Of a stretch of DNA of 64,000 bases, positions 36,801-48,663 are shown in pieces (position 1 is the first letter of the stretch; each line of letters opens with the position of its first letter). Both the position numbers and the translations under genes were made by a program. The notes below the pieces were generated by a model that saw nothing but the letters and a program-made list of their open reading frames with translations, had not been told where the DNA came from and searched no databases. This DNA comes from Camelus dromedarius (Eukaryota): the NCBI RefSeq assembly GCF_036321535.1, contig NC_087447.1:47370001-47434000 (forward strand). Reading direction: 5' to 3'.

Positions 36801-39800
36801 GCAGAAGTAGGAAAAGGAGCTCTTGGCTCTCAGCCTATCCCAGGCTACTATAGGCAAGTAGGTTTAAGGTGCTCAGGCTCCCCCCACCCCAACCAGCATC
36901 CCCAGGAGCCTGGGGCAGTGCAGACAGAGCGCAGTGCCGAGAAACTCTTCAGCAGACTCCACTGAGCCCCATTCCCTCACTGAGCCCACTCTTTCTCTCA
37001 TCCCTCAAGTCCCTACCACACCACCTCCTCCCCTCACTAGTGCCTCATGCCCTCCAGTCTGCAGGACCTTGAGGGGCTGCGAAGTTAGCAGCCCCTCAAG
37101 GAGTGCCCCATAGAGTGCCCTAGGAGTGCCCCATGGAGATGCTTCTTCCTGAGCCCTGTAGGGCAGGCTGGGCAGAAGAAGGAGAGCAGGTCCTCAGCCA
37201 AGGGTGGCTGCCAGAGTCCCATTCAGTCCCCCTGGACAGCTGCAGCCCACGAGCTTCCCAGTTTTCCTTGCCAGCTATTCCTTGGTTGGCCCTGCTCCAG
37301 AGGTGCCTCAGGCTGCTGTTGGTCACCAACCCCAGTCCCCTGTGCGTGTGCACGCGTGGTGCACACATGCACGCACGCGCGCACACACACACACACTCGG
37401 ACTGCTCAGAGCTGAGCCCATAAGGGATTCCAAGGCACAAGAAATTTTAAGCAATAGGGATCCAAGTCCCATGCTCTGCAAGCTCTGACAGCTCAGACAC
37501 TGTCAGAGAGGGAGCCCCAGTCTCTGGCTTCAAGGTTCCAAGAACTACCAGAGCTTTGTGTTCTAAGATAATCAGAGCCTCTATTATAACATCCCATTAT
37601 TCGAAGAGCTGGCCCTTTTTACATTCAATGAATGTGAGAGCCAGGAGTCCTGAGAATGTAGGAACTTAAGATTCTAACATTCTGTGATTCCAACTGCCTG
37701 AAATGCAAGCACTCCAAGACTCTAGCACCAGGGTTTCCATGGCCCTCAGAGCCTGATGGTCTCTGGACTGTCTCTGTGAATACCCAGTGAGGACAGGGGC
37801 CCCACAAGCCCCTGCACATGTGAGGTGCCTTCCAGCCTCTATGTTTTTGCTCACACCACTGTCCATGCCTAGGGTCCCATCGCCCTCCTCTCTGCTAATT
37901 AAATCTTAGACAACTGTACAGGGGCGGGGAGGGCAATGCCGTCAGGGATGACCTTCTAAGTGCCAGGCCCGCCTGGGTGATTCTCTCATTTAATCCTCAT
38001 GATATTACTAGCCCGACTTTACAGTTGATAAAACTGAGGTCCTGGGATGTGAGGCCATTTGTGTAAAACCACACAGCTAGAAATAATAGAAGAGCAAACC
38101 AAACCAGGCTCCTTGCAAACCTGTGCCTCCCAGTGGCCTCTCTCTGACTCCTGAGAAGAACCCAGGGGCCTCCCTCCTTGGCTTCAGGGCCACACTGGAG
38201 CAGCTCCTCCTGCCCCAGCGCCCCCCAAGCTCCAGAAGGCAGAGACCGTAGTCCCCTCTTCTCGTGCCTCTCCAAGCTGGAGGCAGCCCAGAGGCAGCCA
38301 TGTTTCCTGCCCTGATTGATCGAAAGGCACTTGATTCGCCAAGACTCCGTGTGGGACCTGGAGACGTGGTGTTTGTTTCTAAGCACCCGTCGCTATGGAA
38401 GCCAGGTGCTGCCAGACCAAGGCCTAGCAACAAGGCCTGGCGCAATGTGGGGTGGAGGGCAATTGTCAGAGGCATCCCAGGCAGGTGGCAAGAGAGAGGG
38501 AGGGTAGACCACTCGGTTCTCCAGGCTGGAGGGCTGGACCTGCTGACCTGGTGGGTCTTGCAAGAGGAGGAAGGAGGCCAAGGGGGCAGGACCAGACAGG
38601 CCCTGAGAGACAGATGTAGAGATAAGGGCAGAGAGAGACTTGCAGAGAAAAAGGGAGTCCAGGGACAGCAAAACATAGAGGCACCATCAAGGAGAAGGAG
38701 AGGCAGGAAGGTAGAAGAAGACAAGAGCCGAGACTCAGAGACCATGGAGACAGTTGTCTGAGAGGGGCTAACTCCCAGAAAGGCCTGACTCCTGGGAAGG
38801 GGAAGGAGGTGCTGGCGAACAGGAGGAAGCCACAGGGGAATGACAGAGATGGATAGAAGTGTGACAGGAGGAGATAAGCCTGAGCAGGAGGCAATATAGA
38901 GACAGATAATAAGAGGAAGGGAGGACTAGGAGTGGAGGGCAGGTGGGGCAATGCAGGCTGGGAGGCAGAACAGACTACAGCAGGGGCAGGACCGTGGCAG
39001 GCGCAGGAGAGGACAGTCTGAGGACAGTCTGAGGACAACGGCACCAAGACCATGGGAGTCCTGAGCTGGCCTCGGTCCTGAGCCCCTCTTCCTGGATCTG
39101 CCCATCTGTGGTATGGGCATCACCAGCTTTGTACCTGGCCTCTCCTCCAAAACATAGAATTTTCTAGGCAAAGACCCTCAGAAAAGAGGCTGGTCAGAGA
39201 GTTTTCATGTCTCTCTGACCCGCCAGAGACAGTCTTGCCCAAGCTCCTACAGTGAGACAGTGTCGGAACAGCAGGAACTCAGGCCTTGGGAATCCCAGTC
39301 CAGGGCCCCCTCCCCACCCCGACCTGAGTCAAAACACACCTGATTGTGGAGGCACCATCAGTACAGAGAGGCACACTTGTCCCCCCACCAGAGTGAACGA
39401 GAAGGTGACAGAGCCTAAAATGGGATCCCCTTTACTTCCTTCTTCCTCAACAACAGGCGTGTATAGGGCAGTGGGAACCCAAGGATGGACTGGACAGCAT
39501 CAGGTGGAGAGATGGCCCACAGCTGGCCCTCTCAGGGCTGTGACTGGGGAAGACAGGCTCTGGGGAATCCAGAGTGGCCTGGCCCTTTGGGGGCAGAAAA
39601 ATGGCAGGCACTGGACAGGTGACATCTCATTTAATCCTCATTGTAAACTGTTACAGATGAGAAGACAGAGGCCCCCAAAAGGAAGGTGACTTGTCCTAAC
39701 CACCACCAGCCAGCAAGTGCTTGAACCAGGACTTGAACCCTGGTCTCTTGGGGTCAGTGCAAGTTGGAGGGCCTGGTGGAGACCCCTCTGTTGGGGTGGA

Positions 39801-40914
39801 GGCAGCTGCTCGGGGAAGGAAGGTGATCCAGGTCTTTTCAAGGGCCCTTCCCAGAAGGAAGATAAGAAGGGTCCCAAGCCCTGCTCTGGCCCCCACTCCT
39901 CCTGCCACCAGCTGTCCCCCTCCCCATGTCAGAATGGGTGATAGCACTTGGCTAGACTCTGTCACCTGTCAGTTACTAATCTCTGTCAGGGCTAATTGTT
40001 CGTGCGATTGTTAACACTGTCAGTGGCACCTGACAGCTGCCCTAGGAGCTCACGTGCCCTTAGAGGTGCCCCATTGGCCTCCATTAGCCTCACTCTCTCC
40101 AGACTCCTAAGGGAGGAACCAGCAAAGACTAAGTGCCTACTACATGCCCTGGTGGTATGGAGCACTTTCATTCACTATCTCATTAAACTGTCCACAGAGG
40201 TTTCTGAGGGCTCTGAAGGCTCACCCCCACCTCTTGCAGCTCCTGGCCCCTGGCCTCCCTGCCTGCCCTCCTCTCCCCTCACAGCACTCACCCCAGGACC
40301 AGACTCTGGGGCAGGGTGGCCCCATAGCAGTAGGGGAACACAGGTGTCTGGGAACTGTTGTTTGCTTCTCAGCTGCAGTGTCCATGGTGATGGGCAGTGG
40401 GGGGAACAGGAGGAAGGCGTGGGGCTGGCAGGCTGAAGGTGAGAAGGAAGGAAAGGGAGAGCAGGGGGAGGGGGCAGGCAGGCGACAGCAGGCAGCCTCA
40501 CTCCACATACATACACCCTGCACGCTGAACCTGGGCTGCAGCCCAGATGATCGACCCGCGGCGCCACACTCCCCTGGGCCCAAGTTCCTGGAAGGTGGTG
40601 CTGCAGGGATGATCGATCGCCTGCCTCCCAGCCTCCTCTTCCCACTGCCAGGAGGCTGCCTCCTCCGTGCAGCCTCCCCAGCTGATCAGTGTCACTGCCA
40701 CGATGAGAGGCTGCAGACAATAAGCAGTGACCTCTCCCTCATCTCTTCTTCTACCCAGCACTCTCCCTACTCCTCAGGAACCTGGTCCAGGTAGATGGGC
40801 GGTGCCAGGGCAAACACGGAGGCTGGTGTTCGTGCACGCACATGTGTATCTGTGCACGTGTGTGTGTGCATGTGTGCATGCGTAAGTGAGTCCGCAAAAC
40901 AGAAGAGTTGCAAA

Positions 40915-41145
40915 TAGAAAAGTGAGTTATACAACCTGGGTTCAAACCCCAGCTCCTCCATTTTCTGGATATGTGACCCTGTGCAAGTTACTTAGCCTCT
41001 CTGAGCTTCAGTTTCCTTATATGTACAGCGGGGTTACCAACAGTACTCAACTAACAGGATGAATGAGATGATATGAGCAGAGCTCTGGCTCAATGCTTGG
41101 CATACAGTATTTTTTGATATATGAAAGCTTGTATTACTGTTAGCG
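40915..41145 (+). mobile_element. MIR SINE
   Basis: CCTGGGTTCAAACCCCAGCTC...TGTGACCCTGTGCAAGTTACTTAGCCTCTCTGAGCTTCAGTTTCC. Confidence 0.85.
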
Positions 41146-44100
41146 TGTGTGTGTGTGTCTGTGCGTGTGTGCCTGTATGCATGTGTAGGTTCCCTTGGAA
41201 GGTTCTGGGGGGATTTCTGGCACTCTAGCGAGGGGGTGTAAGCTGCTCTCTAACCCATGACTCCCCTAGAGAAGGGGCTGTAGAGCAGGGGCTGCAGCCA
41301 CATCTCAGCTCAGCCTCAGAGTAGGGGGACCTGCTGCACCTCAAAAAACTCCACCTCTGCTGGGCAAGGCTGTGGAGGGGAGACGGATGGCTTGGAGGCC
41401 ACCAGGCAGGGCTGGTGATTAGGAGGCTAATGGCCCAGCATCCAGAAAGGAATGGAAGGGAGGCTGAGCTATGGGGCCATCCATCAAAGCTGGCAGGCCC
41501 AGAAATGCTGCACAGTGGGATGGAGAGAAGCAAGGGACAGCTGTGAGGTGGGGGAAGTATAGACAATCTCAGGGACAGGCAGCCAGGCCCAGCTTAGTGC
41601 TGACCTGTTACTGAGTGAGTCACTGTTACCTTGGGACCTCAATTTCTTCATCAGAAAAATGAGGCTAAATGTCTCTCTCTGCCCAGATAAGTTCCAGCCA
41701 TAACAGGCCAATATCAGGTCCTGGGGCCAGGGAGAGCCCTGGGGAGAGTGTGAGGGGCTCAGAGATGCCCTTACCTCCCAAGGGGGGCCAACTCAGCCAA
41801 AGATCCCTGAGGATGTGGAGTAAGGGCATGTGGAACCCTACTGGGGCTGGGTGCCCAAAGACCCAAGTTTGAATCAACTTCTGACCCTAATCCCTTGCTG
41901 ACCTTAGCCAAGTCCCTGACTTCCTGGGTCCTTCTCTAAGCCCTTTCCTACTACCACCCACCTGCTACCCCCCCACATACCCAATCCTTCCAAGGCAGGG
42001 AGGGCCATAAGCACAGCCCTTGTCTATGCAAATTTCATTCAACCTGAAGGCAAAGTCACCCATGAGACCTCCCCACCCTTTGGAGGTAGTGGTTACCTGG
42101 AAAAATGCTGGCCAGCAAGTCTGGGGCAAGAGGTCCCAGCTAGGGTCTAGTGGGACCCTAGCAGAGCCCACAGTCTCAGTCTGTCTCTGAGGACCTCGTT
42201 GAGCTTAATCGAGTCACTTTCCCTCTCCAAGCCTCAGTTTTTCCATCCCTAAGATTAAACAAGCAGCAACAACAAATTTCTTCAGGGTCCCTCTTCCTCT
42301 GTGGGGCAAACTGCAAACTCCTGAGTCCACTCCTTCCCAGTCCTTTCCTGGGCTCCATGCCTCCTCTGCTCCCCACTGCAGCCCCCACACTTAGGCTGTT
42401 CCAGACTTTTATCCCTCTTTATGCTTCACCTCTGGACTCATGCCTTATGGTTCACCAGTTCACCTCTGGACCTCTGTCCTCCACCAGAAAATCTCCCCCT
42501 TGCTCAACAGGGCCAGAAGTATCGCTCCCTCTGCAAAGCTGCTTGCACAGCCCCTGGCAGAGCTAAGCCAGATGCCTCACAGAGCCACCAGTGGCCCACA
42601 CACCTCTGGCACCTAGACCAGGATGTGTCTATGTCCTCTTCTCACTCTGAGCTCCCAAGGGTGAGGGCCAGGCTGGGCCTTATTCCTGGGGGGTGAGGGA
42701 GAATGGGCATGGGGCCTCCAATAGGGATGGGGCTTAGAGACATTAGGAAGAAGGGAGGAAGGGAGGGAGGAATGAAAAGGAAGCGATAAGAAAGGAGGGA
42801 GAGAGAAAAACAGCTGTCCCCAAGGTCCTTTTGGCTCTAACAATCTGAACTCTAGTCCACTGAAGAGGGAGCCCCCATGCCTCATCCTGCCCCATCCCCC
42901 AATCCCCTTTGGCTCCTGTCACACACACCAGTACAAAGGCCCAGAGCCAAAGGGGTCTCTGGCCTGTGCTGCTGCACTCGGACTGGAGGCTAAGAATACG
43001 TCTGGTCGTCATAGTGATGCTGCAATGCTGTCATCACTAATTCATCGCCCCAACCCTGGGAGGCCAGCGAGGTGTGAGGAGAGCTGGTCAGAATTGATCA
43101 GAGTGGCCACTGGGGGCAGAAGTCTTGGGGCTGTGGGCCTGGGTGAGGGTCGGGGATTAAATTTCAACTGATCCAGCTGTGTCCTTCCCTCAGCCTCCCA
43201 ATGCCCTGGTAGGAAGGAGGAGCACAGACCTTCCCCTAGTCTGTCCTGTGCACCTGCTTTGTGTCCATCTCAGTCCAACCTCAGAGACTGAAGTAGGTAA
43301 GGCTGGCATAGGAAGTCCCCAGCCCAAATTCTCTGAGCAAGTGTCCAGGCCCTGCTGTCCTCATGTTACAGGGGCTGAGAAGAAGTGGAGGGAAAGGGGA
43401 GGAAATACGCCCGTATGTTGTGCCCTTTTTGGGCAGGCATGTCCCAGGCATTCCTAAGAAGAAACTCATTCTATCCTCCCAGAAAAACTATAGGTCAGAA
43501 TTATTACTGCATTTTGCAGATGCCTGGATGTTCTCTCTTCCTAAATCCTCCCAGTCAATCCCTTCCCCTCCTCCAGGAAGCCTTTCAGGATGCTGCCCAC
43601 GGCACTTCATCCCCTCTCCTCTGAACTCCCAGTGATGGTGGGTAAGGGTCCTGGTCTCCCCAGGCAGATGGAACTGCTGTCTCTTCCTCCCATCTAGGGT
43701 TGTGGAGGGCACACGAGGTGGACCTTCTAAACCCAGCGACCTTCCTGGTGACCAGAAGACCACACCCATTAACACAGGCTGAGCTTGTCCGTGGCCCTGA
43801 ACACTCTCAACCTTTCCCTGGAAGTCTGACTTTTTCGTTGAAGTCACCTGTTCTTCAGCCTTGGGGAGAAAGGCCAGACTTCCCCTGTAAGGCACCTCTG
43901 CCCTTCTCACACCTAGTTCCTTTATTGACAAAACCTTGAAACAAGGAATCCATATGGAGCCAGAGAATGGAAATGAAACTAACATGTATTCACTCAACAG
44001 CATTTATTGATCAACTACTATGTGTGACCTTGTGAATGGAGCTTGGGACACAACAGCAAACAAAACAGAACTAATTCCTGCCTTTTTGGAGATTCTGAAC

Positions 44101-45187
44101 CTGTAGAATCGATACTGGGGTTTGCTTTATATGTCACATTAACCCACTTGATCCTTACAATATATATATGAAGGTGGATATTATGATGTCCATTTTACAG
44201 TGAAGGAAACTGAAGCTTGGGGCAATAAAAGAACCGCCCAAGGGCCACAAAGCTAGTAACTAGTAATGGCAGGATTCAAACTCAGATTTGTCTGACCCCA
44301 TGTCTCATTCCCATTCCATTCCTGGGTGGAGGGGGCATCGCAGACATAGTTCCTGCCCTCGAGGAGTTCGTGATCTCGTATGCCTGTCACAGTTCCCCAG
44401 CAAACACCCCTGGGAAGTGCCCCTTGAATCCCTCCTGCTGCAGCTCTGACTTGGCCTCTCTTTGTTGGGACCTCAGTGGGGCAGAGGATTGGCTTTCATC
44501 TCCTTGCAGACACCTGGGGTGCTTCAGAGAGCTCCCAGCCCTTTCTCCAACCCCACCGTGCACAGAGGCCTCCCTCCTCAGGAGGGAGTGAGGTGTGTGC
44601 TCTAAAAATACCTTAATCCCTCCCTACTCGTGCTCTAATTAAGATGAATGAGTCACTACTTTAAGTAATTTATTGCTAGTTACATAATTGCTTTAATATT
44701 TGGTTCTAGAACTGGGGAACAAAAGACCCCCCCCTTCTTTTGGGGAATTGCTAGTCCCCAGAGGGGTTTATGGGCCCCTGGTGGGGGAGATAAAAAGAGA
44801 AGTAGAGTCATATTGGCCAGGCCCCAGCTCCAGTCTGGACCAACATATGGCCATTTCCACTTGAGCCACAGGGTACACCTGATCTGAGGAGGGGCAGGTT
44901 TTGGGGAACACCAACTGTCTGCTCTCTGTGGCCCATTCTGTGGATTTCTGAGGCCACCACTCCCGGCTGACCCAGTCCTCAGACCCAGAGCCTACCCTCA
45001 GGAGCCTGTGGCCTGAGCATCCCTTCCCTCCCTGGCCTCATTGCCTCTGCCAGTCCACAGGAACCAAGGTTCAGAGGCGGCAAGCCATTCCTTGGCATCT
45101 CCCAGCATGTCAGACGCAGCCCTCTCTGTGCCTAGGTTGTCAGCTCAAGGAAAACTCAGCACTTCTCACAACCCTGTAAGAAGTCAC

Positions 45188-45385
45188 CCCTTAATAAGGA
45201 CTGCCTGCAAAGGGCACAAGGGAAGTTTGGGGGGAGGGTGACAAAAATATTCTTTTCTTGATTGAAATGATGGTTGTATGACTGTATAGATTTACCTAAA
45301 CTCATGGAATCATAACCTTTGAATTGTTATGTTATTGTATGTAAATTACACCTCAATAAAATGAATGTAAAAGTTAAATTTAGAA
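45188..45385 (+). mobile_element. Short L1M 3' fragment with target-site duplication
   Basis: Ends TGTATGTAAATTACACCTCAATAAA plus A-rich tail; direct repeat AAGAAGTCAC at 45178-45187 and 45386-45395. Confidence 0.75.
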
Positions 45386-47844
45386 AAGAAGTCACATCCC
45401 CTCCTTCTGGACCCCATAGCTTAACAGCTGTGCAGAATTGGCAGCCATGCAGAAACTGAGAGCAGGTGCAAAGAACCAGCTAGGGAGGGCACATAGTAGG
45501 TGCTCACACTGCAGATGTTGGTTTCACTCAGTTCCAATTAGCAAGGACTCACTAGGCACCTCCTGGGTGCACTTGCCCTGATCTCATTAGCTCTCCCTTT
45601 GCTCTCAGCTGCCTGGGAGGGAGCCAAACTGCGCGCCAGGTGCATCACACGCTTTGTCTCAGCTAATCCTCTCAGCAGCCCTAATGAGGTGGGCTCTATT
45701 ATCGCCCCCCTTTTACAGATGAGGGAACAAAGGTGGCAGCACTTGGCACAGGTCCTGCAGCTAAGAAGTGGAGGAGCTGAGAATTGAACCAGGAGATAGT
45801 CCCCAAGGCTTGGGCTTATCATCACTCACCTCTTCCACCTCCCTTTCCTGCAGTAAGTGGCACAGGTCAGGAAGCCATGCATGGAGGACCTGCCTCTGAC
45901 CCCAGGCCTTCAATAATGAGGTTTTCACTAGGCTTAGAAGTAGAGACAGGGGACACTCAAGCAAAGATGGCAAGTGAGTGTGTGTGAGCTCAGGGAGGTG
46001 GCAAGAGGCAGAGCCAACTCCGAGAAGGAGGGAGCTGGGTCAGGCAACAAGCCTGGAAGAAATCATAAGAAATCAGACAGTCTGAAAAAAATGAGGCAGA
46101 GGGTGTCTGGCTATGCCAGCCGCGGGGTTAAGTGCCTGCTCAGGTCCTGAGCAGCCAGGGCTCCTTGCTGCTATTCTTGACTCACTCTCCCCCAAATCTG
46201 TCTCTGCCTAGTTTCTAGGCCCTAATCCCCCACTCAGAACTCAGTCACCAGCTCACTGGGTACAGGAAAAAAGCCTTCATCCACAAACTCATAAAGGCTG
46301 GTTAGAAAACAGTTGGTGACACTATGACAGAAGAGAGCTCCAAGGCTGGGGAGTATGGAGGGGAAGCCAAGACCTGAAGAATGACAGGAGTTAGCCAGGG
46401 AAGGGAGGGGGCATTGAGGAAGAGTGTTCCAGGCAAGAGGAACAGCATACACAACAGCCCAGAGGTGAGAGATGCTGCACAGGCAGGAAACCAGACGTAG
46501 CTCCATCTGGCTACTTCGTGGGTATTCTGTGTTTATGCGGAGCTTGAGTGTTTCTGTGAGTGTGCACCATTCGTGTGCTGAATCCATATCTGTTTTGCAC
46601 GTTTGCGTGTGTATACCTGGGTGGTGTGCACAGGTACTGCGGTTCATTCCGTTTCTTCTGTGTCTAGGTCAATTTTTAGATTCATTGTGTCTGTTTCTCG
46701 GTGTACACTGATGTCTGTGTTGTGGGTCTCTCCGTGTCTGTGTGCTGTGGTCTGCCTCTTTGTGTGTTGACCTCTGTGTCTGCCGTTTTTCTCTTTGTTT
46801 GGGTTTGTTTCCCCATGCCTGGAGCTGTGTGTTGGTGGCCAGGGTGCTTGGTCCCGGAGGAGAAGCCTGGGGCCAGTGGGGCTAGAGCTGGCCTGGGTGG
46901 CGCACAATAGCACTTGATGACTATCAAGCACTTAGTGGGGTGGAAGGCTGCACTGGGGATACTAATTAAGGCTGATAATGAGTCAGCAGCCTGAGGCCCA
47001 GCAGGGGTTGCAAGTGGGTCCCCACCTGGCACAGGGCAATTGGATGAGCTGGCTGGGCCAAGCCCCAGCACCAGGAGGGGCCATCTCACTGACTCATCTC
47101 CTAGGGAGGCCCAAAGCCCAGGCTCTGAACAGCAAGAAGGTTTGAGATCAAACTCCAGGATGAAGGCTTTAAAAGGGAGGACTTTGATTAGACTTGACAA
47201 GTGGACAGGTCATGAGTGTAATCAAGAGATGAGGCAGCAGTGACACAGCTTTGCCCTTGGGGCCCATGGTCTGAGCGGGTGGCTGATGGGTGCCATGGAT
47301 GGGTGCTCAGGAGTGTGGAGGACCCAGGAAGAATGAGGCAGGGAGGAAGGCCCCTGGAGGGGGAGTCTCAAGTTGCACACATCCCTGCGTAGGTGGGCAG
47401 ACACTGGGGAACTAGGGCCGTAACTTAGGCAGGTGAGCTGGGGGATGGCAGCTGTCACTCCTCCCCTGACCTGTCTTGTAAGTCATGTGTTCCCAGCCAT
47501 CCCCGATGCAGCCTCTTGCCTCTCACGTGGGTCTCCGCACTAACCTCCTCACTTGCCTGTCTAACTCACCCTTCACTTGGAGCTTCCTAAATCCAAAGTT
47601 GACCATGGGCTGAATTACACTTCAGCAGCCCCAGTGCTGCCCATACAGGGAGCAGGGCAGTCATGGCAGGAAGTAGCTCCCGCCCAACAGCAGACAACTA
47701 CATGTACCCACCAGGCCTCAGTGAATGTGACAAAGTGGGTGGGTGTTCAGAGGCAGGGTCTGGCTTCTGGCTCCAGCTCTGAGACTCACCAGCTGTGTGA
47801 CCTTGGGTAAGTTGGCACCCTCTCTGGGCTTCAATTTCCCATCA

Positions 47845-48235
47845 TCCATTTGTCCCTCCAAATCTTTTCCTACTGTGCTCTGTACCCCAGAGGCTGACTT
47901 TTAGTTTTGCTTCACCAGGTTCCCTTGCCCTCCAGCCTCCAATCCCATTCTGCCAATGAGAGCAGGAGAGCAGAGTGAGAAGTGAGAGGGCTCAGGGTGT
48001 TCACACCCTCACCCACCCTACCTCCTTTGACAGCCTCTGTAGGGCAACCCTCATCCAGAACCCTGGCTTGGATCTGGAACCCCCTCCTTGCTCCTTGGGC
48101 CTCTTGGATGCGAGTCCTAAGTACCTCAACAGGCCCTGTTGGTTCCCTTAATCCTGCCCCACCTCTGCAATCATTGCTTCACCCAACTGCCTGCAATTAA
48201 AGCATTTGAGTGTGTCATGTCATCTGCCTCTCCTC
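47845..48235 (+). mobile_element. ERVL-type solo LTR remnant (LTR33-like)
   Basis: GTTCCCTTAATCCTGCCCCACCTCTG...ATTAAAGCATTTGAGTGTGTCAT resembles the LTR33 3' end as recalled; interrupts a MIR. Confidence 0.55.
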
Positions 48236-48296
48236 TACACAATAGAGCTAGCTCCCTGCAGCGTAGTTGAGGTGATTAAATGAGGTGATTTAAACA

Positions 48297-48663
48297 TTCA
48301 ATTGGCCTTCCATATCTGTGGGTTCTACATCCATGGATTCAATCAACCACAGATCGAAAACAATTTTAAAAAACAACTCCAGAAAGTTCCAAAAAGCAAA
48401 ACTTGAATTTCCCACTTGCCAGCTACTATTTACGTAGCATTTACATTGTATTTACAACTATTTACAGAGCATTTACAGTATATTGCGTATTATAATTAAT
48501 TTAGAGATTAAAGTATATGGGAGGATGTGCACAGGTTATATGCAAATACTATGCCATTTTATATAAGGGACTTGAGCATCCTCGGATTTTGGTGTCTGCA
48601 GGCGGTCCTGGAATCAATCCCCACCACCCCTCACCAGGATACCTGTATAAAGGGACAACTGTA
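48297..48663 (-). mobile_element. MER2-like Tigger (TcMar) non-autonomous DNA transposon
   Basis: GGGAGGATGTGCACAGGTTATATGCAAATACTATGCCATTTTATATAAGGGACTTGAGCATCCTCGGATTTTGG...GGGACAACTG|TA; degenerate terminal inverted repeats. Confidence 0.85.

Noticed and set aside
40480..40790. CpG-containing patch as another coding first exon
   Set aside because: Only a short ATG-initiated ORF and no convincing in-phase donor; may be regulatory but unsupported.
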